Positions 25,421 to 37,900 of a DNA stretch of 64,000 nucleotides are shown one piece after another. Made by a program: the position numbers and the translations under genes. Location of the stretch: assembly GCA_013265495.1 (NCBI GenBank), contig MU057521.1, forward strand, positions 1,314,335 to 1,378,334, read 5' to 3'. The notes beneath the pieces were generated by a model. The model was not told the origin of the DNA. It did no database searches and was given only the letters and a program-made list of their open reading frames with translations. The stretch's first letter is position 1. Each line of letters begins with the position of its first letter. This DNA comes from Vicugna vicugna (taxonomy: Eukaryota).

Positions 25421-26439
25421 CCTGTGGGGAGACCCCGCAGAGGAAATCCCCGGGTGGGGCTCAGGGCCCTAGGATAGGTGGGTGCCCGCACCTGCCCAGC
25501 TCTCTTCCTGCCCCACCAGCCCCTCCTAGAGGGAAGACTTGGCTGTATGTTAATACTTTGTTTGGAGAATCACAGACTCAGGGATCAGTGTCCTTTTGTT
25601 GATAACAGATATTTCGAATGCCTCCCCCATTATTTCCTTCCCACCACTTCCCCCGAAAATGGCAAATCTGTAACATGAACATGTTCTCTGTGTTGATAAG
25701 GAAATATGAACTTGCTTTTTCAGTTATCTACCAGAAATTCTTACACCAGGAAAACTGAAACAATAAAGGTGTATCTTTGAAGGTCAATAAATCAGTGTTT
25801 TATGAGGCCATGAAAAGGGGAGTTCCAAAGCAGGGCCTCCTTTGCAGAGGGTGTTGTTTAAAGAAGGAGCTGCCTGAACTTTCTCTGCCAGGTCAGTATT
25901 AAAATTTCCCCCATGGTATTTTCCTATTTTTGAAGTGCATGGAAAAAGATATTAGTGCTTTTCCCACATGGTGAGTCCAGAGGACGGGATGCTGTCTAGG
26001 CTGTTCTTGCTGTGGATGAGGGTCTGCATCCCTCCCTGAAGGTCCTCAGCTCTAAGAGTGAGCATCTCCCCAGGGCATCTCCCCTCGGCCAGGTGCCCCC
26101 AGAACAGCCGGTAGCCTGGCTGCTGTCTCCCTGCAGCGACCTGACCCCAGCCCTCAAGGGAAGGAGACCTAACCCCACCTGCACACACGCAGAGCCAGCC
26201 TGGGTGGGATTCTGTCCGGCAGGTGATTTTCCGTCCAAGCACCTGTACATTCTCCACCTGGTTTGCCAGAAGTCCGGCACCTTCTCCTTGTGTTTCTCTC
26301 TGGCCGTCATGGGTGGGCTTCCTCCAGGAACCGCTGCTAGAAACACCGGTTTGAGCTCAACTCATCCTTTCCAGCCCCCAACCAAAGCCCTGAGCTGGAA
26401 GAAACCAAGAGTGAGACAGTGGACTTCAGCAAAACATTA

Positions 26440-26745
26440 GGCCCGGTCGGTCTGAAGTTCTCAGCGAGCTTTTGAGGTTTAACGCAGAGTGGGCGGCGCC
26501 CGAGCTTCCGCACGGCCCGCATCTGGGTCCTCGTTCCCAGAGGCGCCGCCAGGCTGTCTCCTGCAGCCCGACCCGCCTGCTGGCCTGGCAGCTGCCGCCT
26601 GTCTCGCTGGGCTCGGCCGGCGGGGCTGGCGCGGCTGTCCTCACGGCAGCGCGGTCAGCCGCCTGAAGCACATTCTGCCTGCACGTGGGCTAACTTTCTG
26701 TCTTTGTTTTGTGGGCCACCACCGACTTCCGGGTACGACGCTCAA
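26440..26745. promoter_or_regulatory. Small CpG-rich patch in RANK intron 1
   Basis: Dense CpG; CACGTG at 26682-26687; ACTTCCGG at 26725-26732. Confidence 0.5.
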
Positions 26746-29424
26746 CAGTGAGAAATGAGATTGCGTTTGTGCTCCATGTGTTCCTTCAGTTCAACAAAGT
26801 GATCGCCTCCTCCATTTGGGACGCTCTGCAGTGGGGAGCTAAGGAGGCAGAGAACCGGTGCACAGCCCTGGAAGCGCCCAGTCTAGGCACGTGCAGACGT
26901 TAGAAGGCAGGGGGACACTTGTGTCACCGGAGTGCTTTCAGAGTGTGGGGAGCACTCGGGCTAGACTGTTTAACTAGCCTGAAAGTGCCAGGGAAAATAT
27001 CCTCTTCTTCCTTACCATGCGGTTGTGTGTGTCTAAAGTACAAACAGAGGGACAAGACGACAGCATTGGGCCAGGGATTTGAGGGTGGCTCGTGCTCTGT
27101 CTGGTGGTGGGAACACTGGGGAGGCCTGACAGGGTGCAGTGTTTTCAGGCAACTGTAGAGGACAGCGTTCCTGGACTCCAAGAGCAGGCGGGGAGAGAGG
27201 CAGAGCCAGCACTCAAGGGCCTTGGGTGCCAGGAAAATAGTTTAGATTTTATCTCGATATATCATGAGCTGGGGAGGGACTGATCTGATTTGTGCTTTAT
27301 GGAGAAGGGTGCCCGGGGGCAGGCCCAATAAGGAGGCCACAGTCTCTGGTTTAGGTAGAGCTGGTAAAGGCTTGAATCAGGTCAGGGATGGGGTAAGAGA
27401 AAGAAGCCAAATGCACGAGCGATTTCAGAGCCAGCGAGCTGTGATAGGTGCTGAAGATACCGGGGCAAAGGATGTGGTTGGACTGATTATGAAAAAAAAT
27501 GTGGTAGATGTCAGAACAAAACAGCTGACCATTTTGATTGTATTTTTTCACAGTTTAATAAGGAAATTTCTGTCTTAGTCCAAATCAAAATCAGATCAGG
27601 TTCAGGTTCAAGAAGGATTTTTTTTCCCTCCCCCAATGAAGAAGGATGCTGTTGAGGATGTGGACTCACACTTGCTTTGGATTATGTTGTTGAGAGGCAA
27701 AGTTCCTTAGACTCCATAGAGGTGAAAACAAGCAAAGAGCTGGCCCCAAAGCATTGGGATCTGCAGGAAATGTGTGTGCTCTGGAATGGAGAGCCATTTC
27801 CTGACCGAAAGGTGTCTTTAGAATTAGAAGTTCAGGATGTAGGCAGAGTTTTAAAAACTCAGGACTAAAGAGATAAGCACCCCGTGATCCCCAGAGGGTC
27901 CCACGTCAGCCCTGACCCATGGTCTTCCCACACTGGCCTCAGATGGGACACCTGCCCTTAACTGAAGCACTGTTTACCTTGGACCCGTAGCGCGGCAAAA
28001 ACTTTTCACTTGCATGAAACACATTTTCCTGGTGGATGTTAGTGCCTCAGATGAATGTTTCCCTTCCTGTCTGCCCAGCCCCCTTGGGCCTACCCTACCC
28101 GAAAAAGTCCTAGGCCAGCAGGTGACCCAGATGCCTGTCTGGCACAAGCAAAGTCAGAGAGCTGCCAGGTTTCCAAGGGTCAGGAAGAACCGACTGCAGA
28201 AAGCACCCTTTCAGTTCATCGGAGTAAGAATAACTTATTACATTTCCTGTTCAGCGTTGAAGAGTACATGGCACTTCCTCCAGCTACCAGAAATTTGAAG
28301 ACTTTCCATTAAAAATGAGGAAGAAAAACTTTTAACTTTTCGTGAATGTGACGGTTAAACCTGGCAAGTCGGGAGAGGGCGTGTGATATCACACAAATCC
28401 TCTTAGCACCACAGAGTTTGCTGGCTTGGGTTCTCATTACCTCCCCCAAATGGGAAACAAGCCACTTTTCTAAGGTTCTGATTTTTTAAAAAATATTTGT
28501 TCCTCTTAGGGATGTAGTTAGCAACTGACTTAAAAGTATATTCTTAAGTAGCACAGTCAGCTGCCAAACTCATATCCAGTTGAAAAAAAAAAAAAAAACC
28601 TATCCAGGGCTCTCAACCTTGTACCCAAGCAGGATCTCGTCTGAAACGTTCAAGGTAATTGAGAATCCATTCCATTTTTCAAGCGTAGTAGAGGTCATTC
28701 ACATCCGCCCTTGCTAATCCGGTGCATCATTTAACAGTTCCCAATGTCAGGACGTTCCCTAGAGCAGACCTAAATCTAATACTATGCCACGATGTGACCC
28801 CGTTGCCTCAAATTTGTTCTTTCATGGGGTAGAGAACAGTTGGTCAACATCATCTTTATTTTTGTGTTTCTCTTGTTGAAGCTTGTCGGCCCACTGCTTC
28901 CCCTTGCTCGGGTTATTCATTCTACTTCCTTTAACCTCTCTGTCAGCGTTTTTCCTTCCAATTCTCAGGACCCTGGTTTTGCACTCCCATAAAGCACTCT
29001 GGAAAACATCAGATGTACCCCACGTGGCCTGTGCCCAGGAAAGCTCCCCATCTAGTTGGGAAGATAAGATAGCACAGTCCTCATGCCTTGCAGATAAGTG
29101 GGTTTAAAACTGCTAAGACATGCAAGCAAGGTTCCGTGGAAGCTCAAAATAGGAGGGGATTGCAGCGGAGAGCGGGCAGGTAGTGCTTGTCTGGGACTGG
29201 AAGGACAGGCATGATTCTGAGGGCAGAGAGAGCAGAGAAGGGGACAGAGGTGGGGACAGGCAAAGCCATACAGGAGAAAATCAAGTCCTGTCCAGCTGTC
29301 TGGAGCCCAGAGCTGGCCAGAGACCAGAGACAAGGACAAGCTGGGATAGGAGAAGTTCCTGGTTAGTGGTGAAGGGCCGTGTGAGCAAACCTTAGGAGGG
29401 AGTTAGGACTCTGCCCTGTGGAGA

Positions 29425-29603
29425 GAGTGGCCCCTGGACCCAGCGTCTGCAGCACCTAGGGATGTGTTAGAAATGCACATTGCCAAGTCCCCTCCCCCAG
29501 GCCTACTGAATCAGAAACCCTCAGAGTGGGGGCCAGCAACTTGGTATAACCATCTCTGCAGGGGATTCTGATGCACGCTTAAGTCTGAGAACCACTGCTG
29601 TGG
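29425..29603. mobile_element. MER5A DNA transposon relic
   Basis: tgttagaaatgcaca...cctactgaatcagaaac...ggggattctgatgcacgcttaagtctgagaaccactgc. Confidence 0.8.
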
Positions 29604-32600
29604 ACTTAGGATTCCGTAAAGAAGGTTTTGAGCACAGCTGTAAGTGAATATTATATGATTAATTTCTTAAAAGCACCTGCCCTTTGTTGAATCCGCACTG
29701 TGTGCCAGGCATGGGCTAGAGGTTTGACACAGATTTTCTCTAATCCTCACTCTCCCTTGCCAGGAAGATGAGAAAACTGAAGCACAGAGAGGCCCAGTTT
29801 GCACAGCTCAGAAAACAGAGCTGAAACCCCTCCCAGGCTTCTGCTCCAGTGGCATGGCCTTGACCCTTCAGGGAAACTGCTTATGCAGTTGCCTTTATGA
29901 CGGGGTGGGGAGCAGAGAAAGAGACCTCCAGAACTAGGGGAACAAAAGCAAATTTTTTTTAGTGTTTTGGGAAATAGCATAACCAGATCTGCTCAAGGAT
30001 GTCCACTCATTGAGGGCTTTCTGTTATTAACTGTTATTAAGCAGAAAGAAAAATGCTGTGTCTTTAAGACTACCTGAGTTTGAACAGACACCCTCAGCAT
30101 TCTCAACATAGGGTCTGTGTGCTGATTGCTCCCTGACTCAGGAGGAAAAGAAGTGTGACATACTGAATCATCTCTGCCACTTCCCAAAGCAAAGGCATCT
30201 CTGACTCCTCTGTGCACCCTTCCCCCACCAAAAATAAGCTGTACTATATCCCTGCACCATAGCCCTGCTCCTGCTTCTGTCAAGACAGTTCACAGGCTGG
30301 TGTTTATCCCACTTCTGCCACCTGCCAGGCCCTGTGCTGTATGGGGTGGCAAGGGAGGGGGTGACGGGGAACAAGGCCTCCAGGTCTCAGGGCAGCAGAC
30401 GGTGAGAGGTTAAATGTAGTTCTATTATATTTTAAAGGCTCTATATGTCTTAGTATTACCACAGTAACCATGAATTTGGGGATATCGCTCTTGGCCCAAA
30501 TGACCGGGGCTCCTACTTTGATGTCTGTATCATGGCACAAATCTAAATCCACGGTCTTAAACTTTAACCCATTAATTTCTAATGGTCACAAGTTTTAAAA
30601 AATTAAAAAATGAAACCATGAAAACGTGCCCCCTTCCTATGGGCTTAGGTTTTCCTTGCCCCAGTTGGTGTCCCTGTGACCAGGCCATTGAGGTCCTACT
30701 TGTGTGTAAAACTACAAATGACCAAAGCACTAGAATGCACAACCGGTCATCTTCACTGGGCAGAGCAGTCCTCACGGGCAAGAGAATGCAGGAGCGATGG
30801 GCGCCTGGCTGACCTGTGCCCGGACAGTGAGTCCAGAGTGGCCTCATGACAGTGGCCTCATCCAGTGTGAGGCATTCTGCTCCCTGTGTGAGCGACAGTG
30901 TCAGAGGCCGGAGCAGCTGTGTTGTGTGTTAGGTGGACCTGTGTTCTATCCTGATTAGAAAGGGAATTTGAGCCCAGGAAGAGATTTCTGATCTTGATTT
31001 TGCAAACCGCTCCCCCTAAGAGTGTCTCTAATTTTGCCCCAGATTGGTGGAGCCTTTCCAAGTTCATGCTTGGGAGTGTGGATTTGATTCTGAACTAGTA
31101 GGAAACTATTATAGGCTTCTGTAAAGGGAAGTTAAAAGATCACAACGGTCCTCCAGGAAAAATTATTCATTAATTTACTGAGAATCTGAGCATTCGCTGT
31201 GTGCATGGCACTGTGCCAGGGTACTTATCACGAACTGTCTGAGCAGGCTGCCTCATCTCTTTGTGAAGTAGCAGGGAGATAAGGGAGATAAGGAAGGGAA
31301 AGCCTCCAGCCATAGGGTCTGGCACGCAGTATGTGTTCCATAAGATAAATGGTGTCTGTATCCAGCCACGGGAGAGGCAGTTCTCATGTCCATTATATAG
31401 ATGGAGATAACTGTACAGAGTCTGGAGATATGAGAAAGTACTGGCTCTTGGTCGTTAATGTCATCTCTGACCTTGCTACTCAAAGACCAGCAGCAACCAC
31501 GTCACCTGGAAGCTTGTTAGAAAAATCTGCATTTTAATAAGATTTCCAAGAGATTCTTTTGCATGAAGGATTGAGAAGCACCGGTCTGTGAACATGGCAG
31601 TGGAGGAGAGTCAGATTCCCACGCTTGGCACAGGGTGGTGCTGAAAGGTACTGAATAATATTGGTTGGTTGAATTTGTTTTTAAAAAAAGTTGAGGTCAG
31701 TTGTGGCTGAAGCAAGACAAGGTGAAGCTCAACTGTGTTAATCAAATTAAAATAGGAAGAAGAGGGACAAGTTCAGATGAATCCAGGGATAGTGCTGGAT
31801 GTGGGATTTCAGGTCTCGAAAAGCAAGATAGGTGAAGACTGCCCGGCATGGTAATGATTATTCCAGAAGCCGGGGCAGTGGTGTCTTGTGACCCAACCCC
31901 AGCCATCATGACATGGTCAGTCTCCCCACTGCATCTTCCATCCAGGTCCAGCATCTTGGGGACTCCTGCTATGTAGCCAGCACTGGCTTAGTCCTTTGGG
32001 GGAACTTCTAGTTGAAGCCCTTGGATATGGCCACAGAGGACAGTGGAGGCTGTAAGATGTGGTTACATGGGGTGCGTAGTAGGATGATGGGAAGGGTAGA
32101 GGATATCTCAGGCGAGTCTCTGGGCGAGGCTCCTCAGAAGAGGCTGGACGTGTGCCAAGCCCGAGAGAGGGCTGGCATCTGTCTTGGTAATAAAGGCGGG
32201 GAAGGCTTGAGCAGAGCACAGGGACAAGGTCGACCCTTGAGCGGCTGCGGTTCATAGAGTGGCGTGTGGGTGAGCAGTGGGTGAGGAGCAGACATGGGGA
32301 CTCAGAACCAGGTGAGGGGGCTTGGAATGCCAGTGAGTGCAGAGTTAATCAAAGACTCGAGCAGGGAGTAGCCCTGAAAGTGGTGTAGGGACATCGGTTG
32401 ACAAATGTTGGGGACAGTGAATGGGGGAAGGCAGACGGTATGCTGAGCGCCTCATTGCAAGGCTACAGTCTACCGGGAAGGGCAGACACACAGATAACAA
32501 CTACAGTGCATCAAAGGGGTTGGGATAGGAGACTGTCTGGGTGGATGCCAGACCATCTAGTACAAGGGTCTAACCAGTCAAGGTGGGAGATCTTCGGTCA

Positions 32601-32794
32601 AACCAAAATGGCCAGCATCAGTGATTTCACATTTCAGCCTAGTTGACACAGGCTCGAAGGTTAAGTAGGGCCACAAGAGTGGTCTGAAAGAAATGGGGAG
32701 CAAGGGGCTGTAGTGTGATTTAGGCCTGGGATCCTGGGCAGGGCTCGTTGAGGAGAACTTCATCTTGGCCTTAAACGATCTCTGACCTTGCCAC

Positions 32795-32925
32795 TTAATC
32801 ACCAGCATCCCCTGGGATCTTGTTAGAAATGCAGAATCTCAGGCCCCACCCCAGATCTACCCAATGAGTATCTGCATTTTAATTAGATTTCCAGGTGATT
32901 CTGTGCACATTTAAGAACCACTATA
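32795..32925. mobile_element. MER5-family fragment
   Basis: cttgttagaaatgcagaatctcaggccccacccc...ccaggtgattctgtgcacatttaagaaccac; a shorter similar relic lies at about 31470-31590. Confidence 0.7.
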
Positions 32926-34039
32926 CTTCACTCTGAGAGCCAGGGCAGTCTTGTCCCTTCCCCGGCCACTTTGGGGGCTTGAGGCCTTCTTAGCTTGGTC
33001 CACCCCCGGAATAGAGACAGAACCTGGAAAGGTCCTTGACATCCAGCAGACCAGGGCCTGCGTGGAAGCACAGGGGTCATTAATGCTTCCAACAGGAAAG
33101 AAGAGAAAGCAGTTCTCATCTCAGATGAATAAAGGGTAAAAAAAAAAAAAATTCAAGAATGGCAAAAAAAAAATATCCTTTCACACTGGGAGAATAAAGG
33201 GGCATTCACCGGAGCCTGTGGGGTGAGGACACAAGGACACGTCAAACCCATCCTGATTATCATGTTTAGGAAACAAACGTTCCTTGCGCCTTCATTTCAG
33301 GTAGCCCACAGCTGCAGACTTTTTTCACCTTTATCTCTCCAGAAGACAAAGAAACTTACAATTAAAGTTTTGAAACGCAAGGCTATTTCTTCATTTTCCC
33401 TTGAGCCATATGTTTTCTTTTCTAGGAAGAGAGATAATAAACGCATTGTGGAGAAAGGAAGAAAGAGAGATGAGCAAAAATCAATAGCCCTTTGATAGGC
33501 TCCTGTCTGAATAAGTACACTACTCTTTTTTTCTTTAAAAAAGAAAGCTTATCTGGAATCAAGGTGGTCAGGAAAAAAAACGCTGATGGGGCCATAAAAA
33601 GCAACTTTCAAGACAGATCATGAAGTTGATTGTTACGTTTGCTAAATCAAAATGGTGGATATGCCAAGACTTCCTATAGCCACAATTACTTTACATTTTT
33701 AAGGTTTTTTTTTAATCAAAACTGATTTAAGTCAGGTTTTTTCTTTCTGTGTATAATACCTATTTTTTAAAAATATCTCATGGCAACGTGGTTAAGATCA
33801 TAAATTTTGGGTTTTATCACAATTAAAAATAAAAATTAAAAAATCTTAGAGCAAATGTATTTCCTGCCTGGTGATAAAAATACCACGATGTGCTTATTAT
33901 TCAAAACGTTATGGGGTAACAGCAATGTCTCATAAGAACCTAAAGTCAGTAGCACACAGTCTGGGAGCTGCAGGCTCACATTCACTCGCTCTCTGGGTAA
34001 ATTATGTCATCGGTCGTGTGCGGTTGGTTGGTTTATACA

Positions 34040-34415
34040 CCAGCCTCCCCTTGCTTCGCTCGTTACACAGGCCTTCCTGCAGTTCCTGGGCAAGGCGGGC
34101 ACGCTCCCTCCCCCAGCATTTTTATGCTTTTTTACGTCCACCTGGAACACTTGTCCTCCTGACGCCTGCTACTAGCTTGCCTCTTTCCCTCTGCTCGAAA
34201 GTCTCCCATCTCCTTGCTTATCGTGCTTTGTTTTATTTTTTTCATCACGGTCATTACAACCAGATTCCATTACGTGTTTTTTTTAAATTGTCACTCTTCT
34301 CCCATGGACTATAAGCAATTCTTCTCTCTAGGGTCCTTCTACTGTAGCCACAAAACCTAAAATTGTCTGTGGCACATAAGATGTGTTCAATTAACATTTG
34401 AGGAGCAAATGAATG
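34040..34415 (+). mobile_element. L2 3' fragment
   Basis: ggactataagc...tgtggcacataagatgtgttcaattaacatttgaggagcaaatgaatg. Confidence 0.55.
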
Positions 34416-34427
34416 GGTATTTAATTT

Positions 34428-34545
34428 AAAAAAAATTTTTTTTGTAGGGGAGGTAATTGGGTTTTTTAGAGGAGGTACTAGGGATTGAACCCAGGACCTT
34501 GTGCATGCAGAGCATGTGCTCTACCACTTGAACTATACTCTCCCC
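34428..34545 (-). mobile_element. tRNA-Ala-derived SINE (Vic-1-like)
   Basis: gggattgaacccaggaccttgtgcatgcagagcatgtgctctaccacttgaactatactctcccc; tatttaattt on both flanks. Confidence 0.85.
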
Positions 34546-34819
34546 AGCAAATGCATATTTAATTTGTCCCACTTGTAGGTTGTAAACTCACTGAGCATAT
34601 CTTACTTAAGTGTTAAACTTCCTAGATGATTTTGTAGAGAACCATGCACTGATGCTATTTAGGTTGGGAAAGTTTTTCTAAAATAGGAAAATCAAAGATT
34701 TCTTTCAAGATGGTGAAAGGGTCCTACAGCCTTCTGGTACATTTCTGTCCTCTCTAGTGAGTCAGTGCTATTGACAGCTAAACTAAGTCCTGTGAACAGG
34801 ACCAGGCAAAATTAAATTA

Positions 34820-35715
34820 CCCCACAAAAATGGGCAAAGGACTTGAATAGACATTTTTCCAAAGAAGATATACAGGTGGCCAACAGATACATAAAAAGAT
34901 GTTCAGCACTATGAGTCATCAGAGAAATGCAAATCAAAACCACACAGAGAGACCACTTCACCCACATTAGGATCGATATTATGAAAAAAAAAAGAGGGGG
35001 GATAACAGGTGTTGTCAAGGATGTGGAGAAATTGGGACCCTCGTGCATTCCTGGTGGGAATGTATTAAAATAGAGCAGCACCTATGGAAGATAGTTTGGT
35101 GATTCTTCAAAAAGCTGAATATAGAATGACCATGTGACTCAGGTACAGACTCCAAAGAACTGAAAACAAGGATTCAAGTAGCTATTTGTGTGTCGGTGTT
35201 TACTGCGGCACTATTCACAATAGGGTGGAAACAACCCAGATGTCCACTGACAGATGAATGGATAAACAAAATGTGACAAGTTCATACCATGGAATATTAT
35301 TCTGCCATAAAAGGGAGTGAAGTTCTGACCCATGCTGCAATGTGGATGAACCTTGAAGACCGTGCTGAGTGAAATAAGCCACACAGATAAGTACTGTGTG
35401 ATTCCACTTACTCAGGGTACCTAGAATAGTCAAATTCACAGAGACAGAAAAGAGAATAGAGGTCACCAGCGGCTGGAGAAGATGGAGAGTTATCAGTTAA
35501 CTCCAGGGTTCCCAGGAGTGGAGGGGACAATGGGGAGTTACTCTGTAGTGGTTAAAAGCATTTCTTTTGGGGATGATGAAAGTGTTCTGGAAATAGATAG
35601 TGGTGATGGTTACAGGACATGGTGAGTCTAATTAATGTGACTGAATTGTACACTAAAAAAAATGGCTTAAATGGCAAATTTTGTTTTTTATATATATTAA
35701 TTTTTCCCCAGTAAA
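34820..35715 (+). mobile_element. L1MB-type 3' end
   Basis: aaaatgggcaaaggacttgaatagacatttttccaaagaagatatac...gttctggaaatagatagtggtgatggtt. Confidence 0.88.
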
Positions 35716-37764
35716 AATGGTTTTTAAGTAAAGTACTCCAAAGTTTTTAAAGAATGGGCGATCAAAGGACGGGCATAAAAAAGAGCCAAATTCAGTGTTT
35801 AGCGATGGAGGCAGCCCTTTCTCACCTTCCTGAAATGGACCACTTTCTTTGCTCCTCCTGCAGATCCAGACTCACTGCTTTGTTTGTTCATGCCAGCTCT
35901 TTACAAGGTTATTCCTTCCCTGAGACACTGGTCATTCCTGCCATAAGACACAGTTCATTGTCAAAGGAGTTTGCACTTTCTTAGTGGCCCTTCTTATTCT
36001 ACCACTCTTTGCAGCTGCCTGGTTGCCTCTTCCTCTGGGCCCCGAAGCAGCCCCTACCCCGTCCCAGCGTCAGAGCACCCCCAGGGTCTCCCCACCTGGG
36101 CTGGCCCCACCCCAGGCCTCCCACTGCGCCCCCTCCCATGCCTCACTTCTCCCGCTCTGCCTCTGCCTCTCTCCCTGGCCTCCCTCCCGGCCCTGTGCAC
36201 CTCCCTCTGTGATTCCTTCCCCTGACTCCCGGGTGGAGTTCCCTCTCTGTCCCTGTTCAGGACCAGTGAGGGTTGAATCCAGGGATGTGGTGGAGGTTGG
36301 ATTTTTCCAGGGCACCTGCTCTTGCATTCTTGAGTGGGTCTCTTGTTAGTCTTCTCTCCTCTCTATCTGCCTGTGTTGTCCGGCGCTGGACGCTTTGAGA
36401 GGGTAGGTATGGGCTCATTTCTTTGTCCCACACCAGGCCAATCCCTTGCATAAGTATGTGAGCTCAGGGAAGACGGCTTTGAAGGTGTGATGATAGCAGA
36501 GCTTTTTAAGAGACTGGTGCTTTTGATTATTAAACCCTTGACTAGGCCAAAATTTCTCTTATAAAATTTCACATGGTCATAATCATGTGAAAAGTCATTT
36601 TACAAGGTGAAGGCAAATGATTCAGGCAGAGGAATGACTGGCCTTACCTTACTATCTGCACCGTGAGTAAATCAAGTCGCAGCCCCCTTATGGGGGGTGG
36701 TCAGGATGGGGGGAAGGGGGTCGATTCATACTAGTGATTTTCAGTGAGACCAGCGGGCATTGACCAGCTGTGATGAATGCCTTCAAGGTGGAGTTTTGAC
36801 TACTCTTTATCACTGGAAACACATTCATAAAATGCATTTTTGGAGTGTCCCAAATCCCTCAGTAGCAGGTCAGTTATAATCTTTGTGACAATCATAATTT
36901 CCTTCACGTTCTTCTCTTAACAAACTAGACACATCTTTTCACATGGTACCAATCAGAGAACAGAGTGTCACTTTGAGCAGCAGAATTTTCTTTTTCAAGA
37001 GCTGTATATAAAATTTATTTCTGTAAAGTAAACTGCAGTATTTTAAACACTCAGGGAGTTTTCTGTTGAAACCCTCTGATTCTCTGTACCCTCTTCTGTT
37101 ATGGCTTTGACCACGTACCTGGCTGGTATGACTTGGGGGTCTTTGCATTTTTAGCGTGTTCCACCATTCAGTGTCTCCCAGGGAGCTCAGGGTGATCTGT
37201 TCAGGTGCCCGGAAGAGCCCCCAGAGCTGTCCTTTTATTCTCGGGCTCTAATTGATAACATACTATCTTCATAGGCACTTGTGTAATGTTGTTCTGAAAT
37301 GAGAAGCTTTGGTTTGTGCAAAAGAGAAATCACTCTGAGGTTGTCTCTGTAAATCTATAAGCTTGAAATTCTGCCTGTCTAGTTTATTTAAAATGAAAAT
37401 GTCTAGAAGGGCACTTGGTCATAACTAGGCTCAGTGTGAATTTAGAGAGATCACCGACAGAATCTAGTGGCTACTTTATCAGCAGAGGCTTTGCGTCAAG
37501 GCTCTCCCCGCCCCCATCCTGGCTTACATCACTGACTGAAGGGAGGCGACAGTCTTTTTCCCTCCACCCCCTCAGGGAACGATCTGATAAAAAGTAATTG
37601 ATGCTCACCAGCCTACTCAGGTGCGCACAGTAGCAGCCTCTCTACCAACGCCAGCCAGGTGTGCGCCTCTCAGCTGAGTGACGGACACGATGACTGTCCC
37701 ACTTTGTTCTCCCAGCAACCTCCTGGAAAGGTCCTTCGCCTCAGAGTGAGGAGGCAGAGCCTTC

Positions 37765-37900
37765 AATTTTACTGAGTGTTGACACTTGCCGATGCTACAT
37801 CATTTACATGAATTATCCCATCTCATCCTCACTGCAGTGGGATGGGCACAATTATTAGCTCCATTTTACAGGTGAGGAGACTAAGGCTTCCAATTGGCTT
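37765..37900 (-). mobile_element. MIR fragment
   Basis: attattagctccattttacaggtgaggagactaaggc. Confidence 0.7.
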
